Made by a program: the position numbers and the translations under genes
From: Lama guanicoe
Lineage: Eukaryota
Direction: 5' to 3'
Assembly: GCA_013239625.1 (NCBI GenBank)
Contig: MU054187.1
Span: 8,342,358 to 8,406,357, forward strand
Length of the DNA: 64,000 bases
Shown here: positions 8,821 through 22,960 of the stretch, in pieces
Numbering within the stretch: position 1 is the stretch's first letter
How the letters are laid out: each line of letters opens with the position of its first letter
The notes under the pieces: model-generated
Told to the model about the DNA's origin: nothing
The model's input: the letters and a program-made list of their open reading frames with translations, nothing else
Database searches by the model: none

Positions 8821-11800
8821 AGGCAGAGAAACTTATCTCTCTTTCCCTGAGGCTTGATTTTGGTTAAATTCTACCACGTTTTCTAAATTATTCATCTTAA
8901 TACGATCCAGGAGACTTCTGGACTGATGCAAAATTATCAGGTATCCCTGAGTGTGTGCGCGTGTGTGACTTTTCTTTCTTTCCTTTCCCTGTGTTCTCTA
9001 ATTCGGACGATACAGACATACACATTAGAGAGCTCTGGAAGAGATATCACTGGGCTGGGAAGGTCAGATTGCCAAGGGGAAGATTTTGCAGTTATTGCCC
9101 ATCCCCAGCCCCCAGTATATGATGGACAAGCCTATCTTACAAGTCACCAGGATGCTCTGATGGGGATTTGGCTTTAATTATGCACAATGTGATATCATTT
9201 TCTTTCCCAGCTCGGGAAAGAGTTAATTCTTTCCCAAAGACCATAGTTGCCCTTGTCTTCTCAACCTGATTCAGAGATGCAATAAAATATGAAGCAAATT
9301 TATGATCTGTTTCAAGCATTTTATTGCTGTATTTTTAAATTCATATATGCACATATAAGAACTATGATCTGTGAATAATTTGAAATGCTATACTAGAATG
9401 ATACATTTTAGATAAAACATAACCATATCTTTATATAATTGTCTCAGATTAAAATAAAAAAGAAAAATAGATTTCTAATGTGGACCAAACTGAAAAACTA
9501 ATGACAGCCATAAACTGCTAACCAACCATAAATTAACATCTTCATCAAATGCTAAAATGGTACCAGTGGTTATAGAAAGCAATTATTATTTCTCTTTATA
9601 AGTTTTAGAATAAAGTTCAGGGATATTTAAAGGATCCATTATTTACAAATGCTTCCCAATCTTAAAAGATTTCATATTTTATTAGGAGGTTGGTTGCAAC
9701 TCAAATCTGCTATGTTAATAGGGATGTTTAGAGATGAGAATTTAGTTTTAAACATAAAAATGCTTCATGGCCTAACCTAATTTTATGCATTTATTCTGTT
9801 CTGGCAATTATTGGAGAACTTGGTGTAAGGATTTCTTTGTTAAATAACCTTATCTCCCTTTTGAAAAGGGAAGACAAATAATTTCTTATTATGAGAGAGA
9901 CTCAGATGACGTACCCAACTGGTTAAAACATTAAATCATGCACTGTCTATTCAAGTAAGTACAGCTACATGCCATGCACAGTCTCTTTCTGCAGAGCTAT
10001 GGTCAAAATGTAGCTGTTCAGCTGAGCCTGTGCCCTCCATCTGAGACTTCTATGGAAAATATTTTTTTTCCTAACCAGGCCTACACAGAAACGTGAAAAG
10101 TCATGAAGGAGGAAAGGGACGCTAGCTATTAAATACCTCTGATAAATACATCAGGAAGCAGGGTCAGGGAATAACTTACTTTAGTAATTTTGGAAAGCAT
10201 CAAGCATATGTATCTTTAGCATGCAGATTTCTCAAGAGAGTGAAATTAAATAAAATCTGGAATTACTCAACAAAGTCAGCTCTTTTCAAAATATAGAAAA
10301 TTATGTTTTAATGAAAACACAACACCTATTTGGACCATAGAGGATCTGGGCAGCAGATACACACAAATGATCTCTGCCACGCAGGTGTTACTTCCCGAAT
10401 GTTGCCTTCTCGGGTGGTAATTGTGGATGAACAACTCCAAAGGTCAAGGATTAACTGAGATCTTCAACTGGCTAAGTCCTATGCCCACCCTTTAGTTTAA
10501 CTTTTGGCAAAAGTTTCTTTTTAGTTTAGTCTGAGGACTTTGTTTAGTCTGAGGACTTTCTTCTTGAAAAGTGAATACTATTTTTATAGCTTTTCCACAA
10601 GTCTAAAATTAGTTAAAAGTAAAGTTAAGAAACATCCAATTTAAATACATGGAGAAAGTACTACTTTCTGTATACTTTCAGGTTTATTAAAAAAAATTCA
10701 AAAGTGATTTCAAATACTTTAAAAAAACATTCCATTTAAAGTATAAAGGGAAGGCATTTAGAAAACTAAATATATGGGCCAGTTTTTAGAGGTTATGGAA
10801 TGCAAGTACATTTAATTTAAACGTAATTGAAACACAAAAGACAAAATCATTTACTTCAAAATGGGGGTTGTCAGGTAATAATACATTTTAAGTTAACTGT
10901 AATGGGTAGTTTTGAGAAATAAAAGTTATATAGAATAAACGTTCTCTCACAAACAAAAATTTCCGGCTAATGTGTGCTTTGTAAGTGTTTAAATTTGACT
11001 CAGTGACAAACCATTAGGTGTTAGTACCTTTACCTGTTATTTCTACTGCCTTAGATTCTCCTATAGGCATAAAACTTGTAAATTGTAAGGAAAAGAAAAT
11101 GCTTCATGAGTCAATTCCTAAATATTTACTTTCTATGTAGTCCAATACAGCATGTCTCTCTTTACAAAAATAAATCCATTTAGGAATTAAGAACATAAAC
11201 TATACCTCAAACACACATTAATGTTATCCAGCATAGCTGCAGGGTATTTTTTTCTATTCAGCTATACCCTGAATAGAAAATGCACATTATTACTCATATG
11301 ACCATGGATAATGCCAGACAGTTCTGCACAATTATTATTTACTCAATAAGTGTTTTTTAGAGTAAAATTGAAAGCAAAGATAATCATTTCATAGACTGTC
11401 CATTTAACGACATAATTTACCCTAAGCGTTAAACATACTGAACAGATTAGTTCAAATGAACAGGAACACTTTCAGAGTCTAAGGCGATCCTGGAAAGCAT
11501 TAATGGCTCATAGGAGTGTTCCTTAGAAATGCCAAGTGTCCCAGTGAGATGCTGGATGTACAGTTACTGAAGGAGCCACACTTCATCACAGCATTCTGCA
11601 TTACAGGCTTTATTTACAGCTTGCATTCAGCTCTGTGAATACATAGAATACTGTCCAAATTATGACTTTGCTTCATTCATTATCTGTAGTAAAGTAAACT
11701 GCAGAAGACAAAGACCACATCTCTTTGATGTGGAAATGGAATCTCTCTCCCATTTCTCGTTGTTCTTAAACATCTCTCTGCAGAATAGTAACTATTATTA

Positions 11801-13759
11801 AGAACTGTAGCCTAGCAAGGTCAGCCTGGTTAAACTAAACTTGTTAAGAAAATGATTAGTCACTGATATTTCTTGGATCTGTTTTTATTTCCCATATAAA
11901 TAACTACAAGAAAACATATTGAAAAATATTCTGAATATAACAATTAATGAACTTTTTATCACAAGTATGAGAAAATAAGAATGTATGTATGTGTGTGTGG
12001 GGGGGGAACGGGGAGGTGGGGATATTCAGACAGCAAAATTATTTCCCCAATAATCTACTATTTGTAATCAAATCTTATGTCACCCAACATGCTCCTAGTA
12101 GGGAAATAAGGAGACATAGTCACTCATCTGTGCTTTAAAAGTTGATTTATTGGCTTGTGGTAAATTAAAAAAAAATTAAACTGGCTTACAAAGCACTTGT
12201 ATGTCACCTAAGATCTTTTCAAGATAATTTGCTTCCTCATAAATCCACATATATACCATTTTAAAATCAAAAGATAATATTAAACAAATATTCAGGACAA
12301 CAGATTTTTTATAAATACACAGCACTCATCTGCCTAAAAAACATTTCACAATGTAAGTATTGCCAAATTAGTTCCTTTCTAAAATTGTGCAGTAGAGATT
12401 TTCACAAATTAATCTTATTCAGCAAAATATAAAAAAGTAAACATTTAAGCAAAAAAGTTCAAATATCAATGATCGCTGATTTAGATTAACACTATGAAGT
12501 AGAGTAAGTAATAATTGCTTTTGAGAAATGCTAAAGAGTTTTATGTGATCGCTCATCGTAATTTAAAATAATGCTACAGGGAATGTAGTCTTGGCTTGCT
12601 AACTTTTTCTTAATTGAGTATGTGCATATGAATACCTAATAATGCAGTTCAAGCAAATAATGGTTGGCAATATTGGCCAATTTAATAGGTTAAAAACAGT
12701 GTACATTCTAAGGGCATATAATTCTCATTTGATAATTATTGAAAATATTTTATACTAAGATCAAAACCTAGATAATTTTTGTGCTTTGAGTTTTGAGATT
12801 GGATTTTAAGATTCCGTGGTTAAATTAGAAGAATTAGCTTATAGGAAATGCTACCCAAATTATTTTTTATGGGAAAATAGAAGTAATCATGCAAATTTTG
12901 AGTACAGAATCTCCTTTGTCTTAGACTTGTGACCCAAAATTTAATGATAAAATGGAGAAAATATAGTGAAGTGTACCAGGAAAGCCAAAATAAGGCAGAT
13001 TAAAGTTCCCAAAGAGGTTGCTTATCGGCACATCTTGTTTAGTGATAAATAGCTTTTTTCTTAATACCTTCAGAGCATTCAGTTTTTGCTAATTGAATGC
13101 TTCTTTACTGTTGGTCATTGATATAAAATAATATTTTTAATTATTCATTTTCTTTAATTTGACATTTAGAGGAGGCTGTAAAAATGAAAAGATGGGTTTT
13201 TACTAAATGTAAAATATTATTTAAAAAGTACTGAAGCCTCAATGACTGTATTTGGTCTTGGTTATTTTTACCATATAACTATGTTGTATGTTTTATTATA
13301 TGTAATTATGCTGATAGTAATTTTTCATCACAGAACACTAATTCGGAAGGAGTAAAGGAAGGTTAGTTAGAACTAGTGATAAATCAGAATTTTAGAATAG
13401 TTTTAAGGAGATGAACTTACTATAACTACGTTTATAATAAATTAGTTGGCTATGAATTGTTTTCTCTAATAGACTGTGTGTTCTTGAAGAAGCATAATCT
13501 AATGCATAGCATCATATCTAGGATAGAGGAAATGCTCAATAAATGTTTGATTGAATAAATGCACAATGAATTAACTAATGACAAAAAATCATTCCTTTTA
13601 ACGAATACATAAGAACAGATTTAAAAAAGCACAACATTGTCAAAGTATCTCTTTTACAATTCTGCGTTTGTATATTGCATCACACTTTCCAAGATTAGTT
13701 CACACATCTTACTGTGTTCAGTCCACATAATGAAGCCTGATGTTAAAAAGGCCTTGTTA

Positions 13760-13860
13760 TTATTTTGCAAATACAGAAACTGAAGCACGGAGAGGCAAAG
13801 TGACTTGATGATAACAGACCAGTTATGTCATAACTAAAGTCTATGTCTGTTAACTTAGTT
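13760..13860 (-). mobile_element. MIR SINE fragment
   Basis: ATTTTGCAAATACAGAAACTGAAGCACGGAGAGGCAAAGTGACTTG resembles the MIR core in reverse orientation. Confidence 0.55.
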
Positions 13861-14049
13861 CTCTGTGACATTTATCCTATTCATAAACTCTTTAATTTCC
13901 AGATGTAAGCCTGTCACAAGACTCTCTTGTTTTGGTTCTACTATCCATTTCTTTTATATAATATTTTACATAATATTTCCATTCTCAATTCCTTTCACTT
14001 CTAATTATAAATTAAGCAGGTACTAGAATGGAATGATTCTCTATGCTCC

Positions 14050-14198
14050 TTCTGCTGAGCATCACAAAGGTTACTACTGAGACGAGTTTAAGAATCTGGA
14101 GGTTTACACTTCAGGCAATAAGGTGGACTAGATGTCCTAGTACAAAAGGAATGGGCTACACTTTGTGGAAGGCATGAGATAAAGCTTAGGGCCCAAGC

Positions 14199-14230
<32 letters not shown>

Positions 14231-16210
14231 CCAAGGCCTCTGCACAAAGCCAAGACTTGTTGAGGCAACATCTGCAGTAAGTGACCTAGAAAGAAACCTT
14301 GCTCCACAGACAGGGACTGTGGGTGTACTTGCCTGTCTCAGCCTTGGCTTTGGGTAAAGGGGAGAAAACCCCAGAAAGTCTCTCCTGCCTATTCCTCATC
14401 ATAGGGTTGCAGTCTGGCTAAACCACACCACACGTGTCGTTTCCAATCACCTCTCAAAATACTCAAGTTGAAAATCTGAAGTGACCTGAGTTTGATCAGG
14501 AACATCAGCAGTCGGACAAAAGCAAACACAAATTCTCTCTAAAGGTGTAAGCTTTAAACTCAGGTCTTAAAAAATTTTCCAAAGATAAAATTCCAAGGAA
14601 CATGGGCCCAGTAAACAAGCCATCCTGAGGAAGAGTTAAAACAAAAAAACAAAAAACCCCAAAAAGCTACAGAATCAGACCCACAAAATGCTGATGACTT
14701 GGAAATACCAGATACAGAAAATAAAATACGTTTCTTAATATATTTAAAGAAATGAAAAAGATATTGAATGTATGATGAAGGAACAAGATGTTATCAAAAA
14801 TGACCAGACAGATAGGAAGAACCAAAGAGAATTCTCAAACTGAAAATGTAATCAAATTTAGCAGACTCAGTGGCATTGAACATCTAAAAGCTGACAAGTT
14901 GACAGGTGGTGCCCCAACTCAAATCAACGCTGGAGACCATATAGAAGGGAGAGGGTGGTAAGGATCTGTGGATGGAACACGAAAATCTAGAACATCTCAG
15001 AGAATGAAGGCTATCATGAACTAAGAGTGAGTGAGTGTGTGTGTGTGTGTGTATGGTGGGGACGTTGAGGACAGGGTTTGCATCAATCCAGGGTGGAGGA
15101 TGGATGCATACAGCGGTGGGAGGATGGGTAGGGGTTAGAGTTTTTAGGTTCTGCTTTGGCATCTCCCCGAAATTAACCATCTCGCCAACACAGTTTCCAT
15201 CACTGGGTGAACAGAGCATTAAAACATGGCAAGTACACATTATGGAATCCTATACAGCAGTAAGAAGCAATAGATTTCATATATATAAAAAGCAATATGG
15301 ATATATCTTTAAAAATATAGAGCTTAGTAAAAATGTTAAGAAGAACATGATGTATAGAAAATACATTAACATAAATTAACAACATATGCACCCAAGGTAA
15401 TAATATATGTTTTATAAAAATACATACAAACAAAAAGATACACACCAAGCACATTAGAATATCTGCCTATGATGGGGAAGGGTATAATGGTAGCGATTTG
15501 GGCTAAAACAGAACGCGTGAATAAAGCCAGAAAGGCCTTGTCTGGATCAATTATAATTGTGTACCATGAGCTAAGGGGGTATAAGAAATGTGATCACTCA
15601 GTCATATGAACCTGAGGTTAAAATAGAAAGAAGGAAGAAACAAACTCAGTAGATGAGGTAAAGAACAGAATAAACTTGGAGGGAGATCTAAAGATCCAAA
15701 GAAATCACCCAGAATGTAAATTAGAGATAGAAATATGAGGAGAAAAGGTCAAACAACATGGGGTACAGGAGGAGAGGATCTAACGCAGAGCCTGAGAGAG
15801 GAGATATTCAAAGAGAAGATGGCTGTGAATATCCCACACCTGATGAAAGACACGTTCTCAGACTCAAGAAGCACCAGGAAATGCAAGCATGATAAACAGA
15901 AACCAAGAGCATCAGAGACAAAGGGAGCACGTTAAAGCAGCGGAAAGAGGCAGACAATCTACTGAATAATTAAACCGAATGAAGGACCCTCTTGGTAAGA
16001 ACAAGGGCAGCCTTAAGACCATGAGATGTCTTCAAAGTGCCGCGAGGAAATAACTGTCAGTCTAGACGTGTGCACCTAGCCAGAGCACCTTTCAGGAACA
16101 CGGGCGAAAATGAAAACATCTCCATTCCAGCAAAAACAAAGTTTAGACCAGTAGGGCTTCCCGAAGGCACACTTAAAGCATGTACTTCAGGAAGGAGAAA
16201 ATAAATGCTA
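14050..16210 (+). mobile_element. Old LINE-1 (L1M/HAL1-type) fragments: ORF1-like region with a nested 3' end piece
   Basis: A-rich L1 ORF1-like text (GAAATCACCCAGAATG; ATATTCAAAGAGAAGATGGCTGTGAATATCCCACACCTGATGAAAGACA; TCTTCAAAGTGC) and an L1ME/HAL1-like 3' segment at ~15190-15630. No intact ORF. Confidence 0.6.
14199..14227. repeat. (TG)n microsatellite
   Basis: Read directly. Confidence 0.95.
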
Positions 16211-17184
16211 GGAAACCTATTTAGTTCTTAAGTATGGGTAAGTATTTTATAATGCTATTTTAAAAATCAATTTCCTTTTTGAAAACAATAGTGCATTTCT
16301 GAAATACTAGAAGTTCCTATAAATGCAGTGTGAATTAACTGGGTGCAATCACCTGCTCTGTCTGTTTATACACAGCATCAGCATTTAGGCCAGATGCCAG
16401 ACAATCTGATATTAGAAATCTTTGAACCATCCCCACAATGCTTCATTATGGCATATGGAATTATACCGTAGTACGTAACATTGCCATTCAAATAATGCGA
16501 ATAAACTCCAAGTCCAAGAGGTGAGGTGTCAAGAACAAATACAGGTATCTAGTTTCTCAGTTGATATAAATGGAAGCATTTAGGAAAGTTAATTGCAATA
16601 CTGGCATAAAGCTTAGAGTTTACACTAGAGTCCAATGCTATAATCAATCCTATAATGATTTCAGCATTCACTCCTACAATAAACCTAACACTAATGCCGA
16701 GGGCAATTGCTGAATATATAATAGGTTTTTGTGTGTTCTTATACTGATAAATCTCACCAGTATCTAACTTGAACATGAGTGGCCTTATATAACAAGAAAT
16801 TTTGTTCCATTGAGCCACAGTATACAAAGTAATAAAGAACATTTATGGATGATTAAATATTGAAGTGAAGTTGAAGCATTTAATCTACTGCAAAACTCAT
16901 TTAACGCAAACGTACCCTGGCAATATAGATATTATTGATATTACACTTGAAGGGAACATTTTCATCCAGTGTGTCTCATGGAAATTTAATTTCCTTCTCT
17001 GAGAACTTGGAATTTGTTAGACTCGTGTTCATTTCCAGAACAAATTTCTATTAGTACATAAAGTGTATTTTTACATATTAGAGGAGAATTTGTGACTTAA
17101 AAAAATCCCAGTGTCAAACCTACTGCTGTGGAGGCACATTTACTATGACAGCCCCCAGATCTCAATACGTAGAAACTTAAAAAA

Positions 17185-17190
17185 TTTATT
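17185..17190 (-). terminator. Candidate proximal polyadenylation signal of CYP7B1
   Basis: TTTATT on + (AATAAA on -), ~235 nt after the stop. ATTAAA alternatives at 16985-16990 and 16879-16884. Confidence 0.35.
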
Positions 17191-17424
17191 TAGAATTTAT
17201 CATTATGTTGATTTTCATGTCCATTCTCATGCCACCATCCTGGTTTTTTTATGATGCGTTTTGTGACCAAGTACAAACTGGATTGATCTCAGATCAAATA
17301 GAAATTGGTGCTTTTTAAACAAACAAACAAACAAAAGCAATTACATTTGAAGAAATTTAAAGCAAATAAATGAGCTAAACACAGTTAGGTTAGTTTTGAT
17401 AGATTTCTTTTCCTTTTAGCTTCT

Positions 17425-17712
17425 TTAAGATTTTACTTTGTACCTAAATGAAACATCACAATCTGGATACGGAACACCAAGCAAAATGCGGCTGAAGTTC
17501 AGTGCTGCAGGCTTATCACTAATTATTTCTAAATCAAAATAAGTTAAAAGTATAACCAACAACTGCTTTATTTCAACTAACGCCAAAAATCGGCCTGGGC
17601 ATTTGCTGATTCCGAATCCAAATGGGATGACGTAATGCTTCAGCTTTTTCCCTCTTTTATAAAAGGTGGTTTTCTTCTTACCATCTTCTATAAAACGATC
17701 AAACCTAAACTC
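17425..17712 (-). CDS. CYP7B1: CYP7B1 coding exon 6 (last; heme-binding exon)
   Basis: Not in the ORF track; translated by hand: [95 protein letters not shown]. FxxGxxxCxG motif with Cys at 17599-17601. AG acceptor at 17713-17714; 288 bp, phase 0. Confidence 0.97.
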   Translation of the reverse strand, partial: EFRFDRFIEDGKKKTTFYKRGKKLKHYVIPFGFGISKCPGRFLALVEIKQLLVILLTYFDLEIISDKPAALNFSRILLGVPYPDCDVSFRYKVKS

Positions 17713-19999
17713 CTACAAAAAGGAAGAAAGAAAAAAGAGTGTTAAAACAAAAAATTTACATGAAATAGTTTGAGTTCAGGTTCACAAAGTTGCCGGGTTT
17801 CCCTGCCCCATCGTAACAGGCTCCTTTTAACCCAGCAAACGCCAAGAAGTAAAACTTGACTAAATGCAAATCATGCATGAACTTTCAAAACACTCAAGTA
17901 CTATTAGAAAATTACGTCTCCAGTATTAAACTGAAATCCAGACTTTCCTACATGACTTCCTTCCCACTTCTCTCCTACACTGAGTTTCCTAAGTCTAGAG
18001 GCAGTATCTCCGTTTTTGTTCTTTAAGATGGGTCCTGATTTACAGGCACTTGAAATACCAGTGTTGGGTTGGAGGGAAGGGCTCCCGCACTGCCACCATT
18101 GTCACTGTGGACGGTGACTCTGACTGGCCACAGGAGCTGCCTAACTGAGGATTCCTAGTGTTCACTTCTCTATCCCTTCTCAGTCATCTACTGATGGATG
18201 AGTTTAGGATTCAGTGCTTATGTTGGGATGAAATAGATATAAAATAGTAAGATTCACGTTGCGCACAACAGAGGAACTAAAGCACAGTATCGGTCTTGCT
18301 TGTTTTTTGACGTCGTTCTGACTCTCCAACAACGGTTCTATTAGAATGAATGCTCTTTGGGCTAACTCTGTTTCTGATACATTTCCATAAATAAGTTATA
18401 ATACTCATTACAGAAAATTATGGGACTGGTATATCGAGGGTGTTTGGTCCGCCATCTTAATTTACTCTCACTTGAGTTTCTGAGAGGAGACTGAGTGACC
18501 TTATTTCAGCCCATGGTGAATTAAACCATTGATTAGATTAATGCACCTGGCAGGCATAACAATGACCAAGTCTTTCCTGTACGTGGTGCTCATTAGCATT
18601 AGATCTGCTCAGCACACAACTTTGATATGCACTATGAAGGCGAAAACACTTAGGTTATAGCAAAAGCCCTGTGATATATGAACAGATTCTGACTCCATCA
18701 CAGATGACCTACTTTTCTCACTCAATGCCAGTATTCATGTGAGTGAAGTCACTCCCTTTAAAAGTACTGGTTTTATCTTCATGTACCTAGGATACTGATT
18801 TTGATAAATATTCAAGTTTAGAAAACACAACTTACTTAGCTTCTATTCACCCCATCTTCAAACTTGCAAGTTGATGAAATCATAATGGCAAAATCAATCT
18901 GCATCAGGACACAAGAGTACCTCCCAGAGGCAGTTCTGGGATGTGTCTGAAAAGGCTCTCACCAGTGCTAACCTCCTTGTAGCACAAACAAGCACACACT
19001 CCGCGGACACCCATTTTGTCACTGGAGATAGAATTACTATACAGTACTCTCTCCCAGTCAGTCTTTTTCCATTATTGGGGTCCAGGCCTGCTTGCCTAAG
19101 TTCAGGACTGCTGTTTCCTCTTTCTCAGTGACCGATCAGAGGAGACCAGAGGTCTTCCCAAAAGCTCCTTGCCTGGGCCAAAGTTTATGTCAATTTTGCC
19201 ATGAAGTTATTTGTTATTTGGAAAAGCTCTCACTGCAGTCAGCCCCATTGTTTAAGCCAGAACGTGCAAAAGGAAAGCTTAGCTTGGGTTGTGACTTCAT
19301 AGAATGCTGTTATCATAAATAAGCCAAAACACTGTCATGGTTCTTCTGCTCTTCTTTGTGAAAGTGCATACACATCTAGAAAGCCATTGTGATCAACAAA
19401 TAATGCCTAAGTGCTCCCCAACCCCTGCTACCTGCAGGCAGTGTTACACTCAACGCCCTCAAACTTCTAGCCAATCAGTAACGTCCATCCTCTTGTTTTC
19501 CATCACCTTCCATTCAATGACCTCATAACAGAATCATAGAAATGCCTATTTAGTTGTTTACATTATGAAATAAGAAAGAGGAAGGCCAACCTCTTTTGCT
19601 CTGTGACTACCATCAAGCTCAAAGGGATTATGGGCATAAATATCTTTTTGAGTTAAAATTTATTTTGTTTGTTTTCCATTGCAGGGACATGGAGAACCCA
19701 AGCAGAAGCCAATATTAGGAAGGGCTTGTGGCAGCTGCTAGGAATATAGTCTGATTTTAGCCCAAAAGAGAAAGGGTATAATGGTCTTACCCTGGAGATT
19801 TGGGGGTCACAGTGACACAGAACGTAAAGTTAGGGTACTCAAGAGACACAGGTTGACTTGGAACAACTTAAATACAGGATGTGTCATGCTGACTTCAACT
19901 CTTTGTAGGAACCATAACAGCCTGGAGCTTCACAATTTAAAGGGGTACATTAAATGCAATATTATTCGATGGATGAGAGTAGAGAAATGATAAGAGAAA

Positions 20000-20375
20000 A
20001 GTGTAAGACACTGACATCCCCCGTTGCTCCTCTAATGATAGTTGTGGTTGACTCCTCAGCAGCCTTTCTTCTGTATGAGATTTGTCGAGGACATCATGGT
20101 AAACACCTTGCCCAGGCCTCTGACTAATTTAGGATTGGACGTGTGAACCAATCTCATCTGCGTTACAGGCGAAAAGTCTGTGGCAACATCTGGGAAAAGC
20201 GTCCTTCTTACAAACAAAGAAAAACAAAATGCGGTGGTTCATCACCGTTCCGCTGGCGCCGGTTACAGGTGACTACGATGCCGACAAGGCGGCAGCTATC
20301 CTGTCACCAAGCCGAAGACAGAGCTCATCCACAGGAAATGGCAGAGCTGAGAAATCCCAGGAGACGGGAGTTGTC
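20000..20375 (+). mobile_element. Old MaLR LTR (MLT1J/K-like) fragment
   Basis: Resembles MLT1 text (TGACTAATTTAGGATTGGACGTGTGAACCAAT; GCAGCTATCCTGTCACCA; GGCAGAGCTGAGAAAT). Subfamily uncertain. Confidence 0.5.
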
Positions 20376-21041
20376 ACACTGTCTTATTTATCTCTGTATT
20401 TTCAAAGCCCTCACCCGAGTGCTGTGCACATAGTAGAGGGTCCCTATGTGTTTGTTGAATAAATACATGACAATAAAGTATATTTTAAATGCAATCTTCA
20501 AGCTTTTGAAGAAAACAGAGATATTGAAGGGGTAAATAAAGATGTAGGGAATGAAAAGTAGATGAATATTCAGACAGAAAATGTTTACAAATAGAAAATG
20601 GTATGATATTTAGCACTAGAAATAAAGATTGGGTAGATGGTACAATTTCCTGGATAGAAAAGAATTCTGGGTACGAGTGACTGAGGAACACTGCATAACA
20701 CCCTAATCTCTGCTCTCCAAATTTTATGTTTAGTTCAGTTCAACAGATGTTCCCCAGCCCTTCTGTATGTGAAGCATTGAACTTAAAAAGGCATAAAACG
20801 TGGTCTTGCTGGGGTAGGTGACACAGAATATGATCAGACCTTGGACTCACTCAATTCATCATTTTTGGTATGGGAATCTAAGTAAGACAAAAGTTAGGAT
20901 TTCCTAGAAATAAAAACTGTCACTGTTTCAAATGGGTGACTAGGGGCTGCACTGTTGCCCCCAGTTTACAGTCAGTCTTTCTGGGAGCAAGATGACTAAG
21001 TACAGAAGCTCCTTTTCCATCTCCGTGGCATAGGTTCCAAT

Positions 21042-21215
21042 CAGCGGTGTGCTGTAGCCACTTGGGACCACCTAGAGAGAATATATACATCTCTTTCCAA
21101 CACCGTGTTCAGGGTCTTCACACTGGTAACATGAAATCAGCCAGGGTGAAAGTATTCACACCATGACAAATGACAAAGTTGGGGCTTTTCAGAGTGTTGG
21201 TTTATCAGCACACTG
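21042..21215. mobile_element. MER63A-like hAT DNA transposon
   Basis: Terminal inverted repeats CAGCGGTGTGCTG...CAGCACACTG; internal CATCTCTTTCCAACACCGTGTTCAG and GAAATCAGCCAGGGTGAAAGTATTCACACCA. Confidence 0.65.
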
Positions 21216-22619
21216 AGGTTCCAACATGGTAGGTATGAAGTGCCAGTTTACTGGTGTGGCAGGAACCCTCTGAACATGGAGCATCTGGCTATGAAAAAAC
21301 AGCCGTGTGATCAGAACAAGCCCCTAAATTGTGAGCTCTTGAGGACAGGCGTCTTTTTTAATATCCATGTTACCTGTTATACCCATGGAAGTGCTTCCAG
21401 GATAGTAGATGCTCCTTATTCATTTGTTTCCTTGATGTGTGCTCATGGCGCAATGTTCCAACTTGAGGGGCAGACAAAAAATTATTGAGAGTATCTCCAC
21501 ATTCATCATAACTAGTGTGATCTAAGAACAGTGACGATCCTCAAAAGAATATTGATACAACAATTTTTTTAGTGATTAAAATTTTTTCAAGGGCTTTCAA
21601 ACTCATTTATCACTTTATAATCCCTACGCCTCTGAGAAGCAGACAGAACAGGCTTGTATGAGGTCAAATCAGGCTTTCAACTTCAGAGCTTTTGCAGGGG
21701 GTGGGGTGTACCCCAATGGCTTTGCAATTACTTTGTTGTTTCCCTGAGTCCTCACTTGAGGAGGCTACAAGGTTATGGTAACACATTACCATCTTAAATG
21801 GTGGCTCTTTCTTCCCTACCCCTCAGCCTCCCTCTATAGCTTAGCACCTCCAACCAAGAGATTTGGGCTTCTCCATAGTTCTGGTTTTAGATGTTGCATT
21901 TTGGCAGAAAAGTAGTCATCACCCCTTACTGATGACCTGCGAGCCAGTGGCTAGAATTCTGGCTGACAATTGATACAAATTTGAGGAAGCTTCAGGAAAT
22001 TTAAAAAAGCTATCCATTCCCAGTTAATTAAGAGATTATCTAGACTTTCTCAAGTAGCATTCTGACTGATAAAGAGAGAGGAAGGAAGAACTGGGAAGGG
22101 ATGTTTCCTTTGCTCTGTCCCATTGTTTCAAATTTCACTTGCCAGTGTGTTTTCCCACATCCCCAAGTACCACCCAAGTAAGGAATCGATATTCAGGAAA
22201 AGAGTAATTCTTAACACAGGTTACACTTTGGTAGGTTATAGGTCCAATAAGAGCCCCCAATTTTTTTTTTTGTCTAGCTCACATTGTGTTTTAAATTTAA
22301 TTTTTCAAACATTTAAAAAGTCTATGTTTCACCCAGAAATCTGTTTTTGACGTTTAAAAAAGGTAATAAAAATGACTGTGCCACATCAGGTTGATGCGCT
22401 CGTAAGAACTCAGGGTTGGTTTGGAAGTAGTCAAATGGTCTCACTTAGATGCCTCCTGGGCTGTCCCTTCACCATGGTTTGTACCACTCCCAACAATATT
22501 GTATTTAGACACAAGCCACTTCATCTACTGGGTCTAATTCGGCCCAGTACATATCTGTGGTGATTTAACTAAAGTGTATTTTCATTTTCAGTACATCCAC
22601 CCATCACAACAACCCCCCT

Positions 22620-22960
22620 CTATTCAGCCTCCAGGATACCCTCTTGTGTGCCAGGCACTGAGAATTCAGAGAAAGTGATAACAGGGTCTCTCTCCTTCTG
22701 GAACTTACAGCGTTTGGGAGCACAGGCAAACAAGTAATTGCAAAATGCTGCGTGGGATGCCCTAGAACAAAGGTACACACAGGCCACAGAGTGAGGAGTG
22801 GCCAGCGCTCTGAGGAACGAGGTGGGAATTAGAAACATTGTCAAAAAGAGATAGTTAAGGGAGACTCCTGTGGATTAATCTGGAGACTCTTGGTGGACAA
22901 GTAAGGAGGGACATTCCACAACAGAGAGCTCTGTGAAGGACGATCACGGCCTGTGTTTGG
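22620..22960 (-). mobile_element. LINE-2 3' fragment
   Basis: TGTGTGCCAGGCACTG...GGTCTCTCTCCTTCTGGAACTTACAG, typical of an L2 3' end in reverse. Confidence 0.6.

Noticed and set aside
6578..8850. Overlapping 100-176 aa ORFs in the downstream CpG domain
   Set aside because: Mostly non-ATG starts, no homology, present in multiple frames; explained by GC content.
10524..10559. Exact 18-bp tandem duplication (a similar one at 32727-32759)
   Set aside because: Ordinary slippage duplications; two units only, no array structure.
16549..16842. Hydrophobic 97-aa minus-strand ORF (possible numt or membrane peptide)
   Set aside because: No similarity to any mitochondrial gene I can recognise; AT-rich sequence near the CYP7B1 3' end explains the composition.
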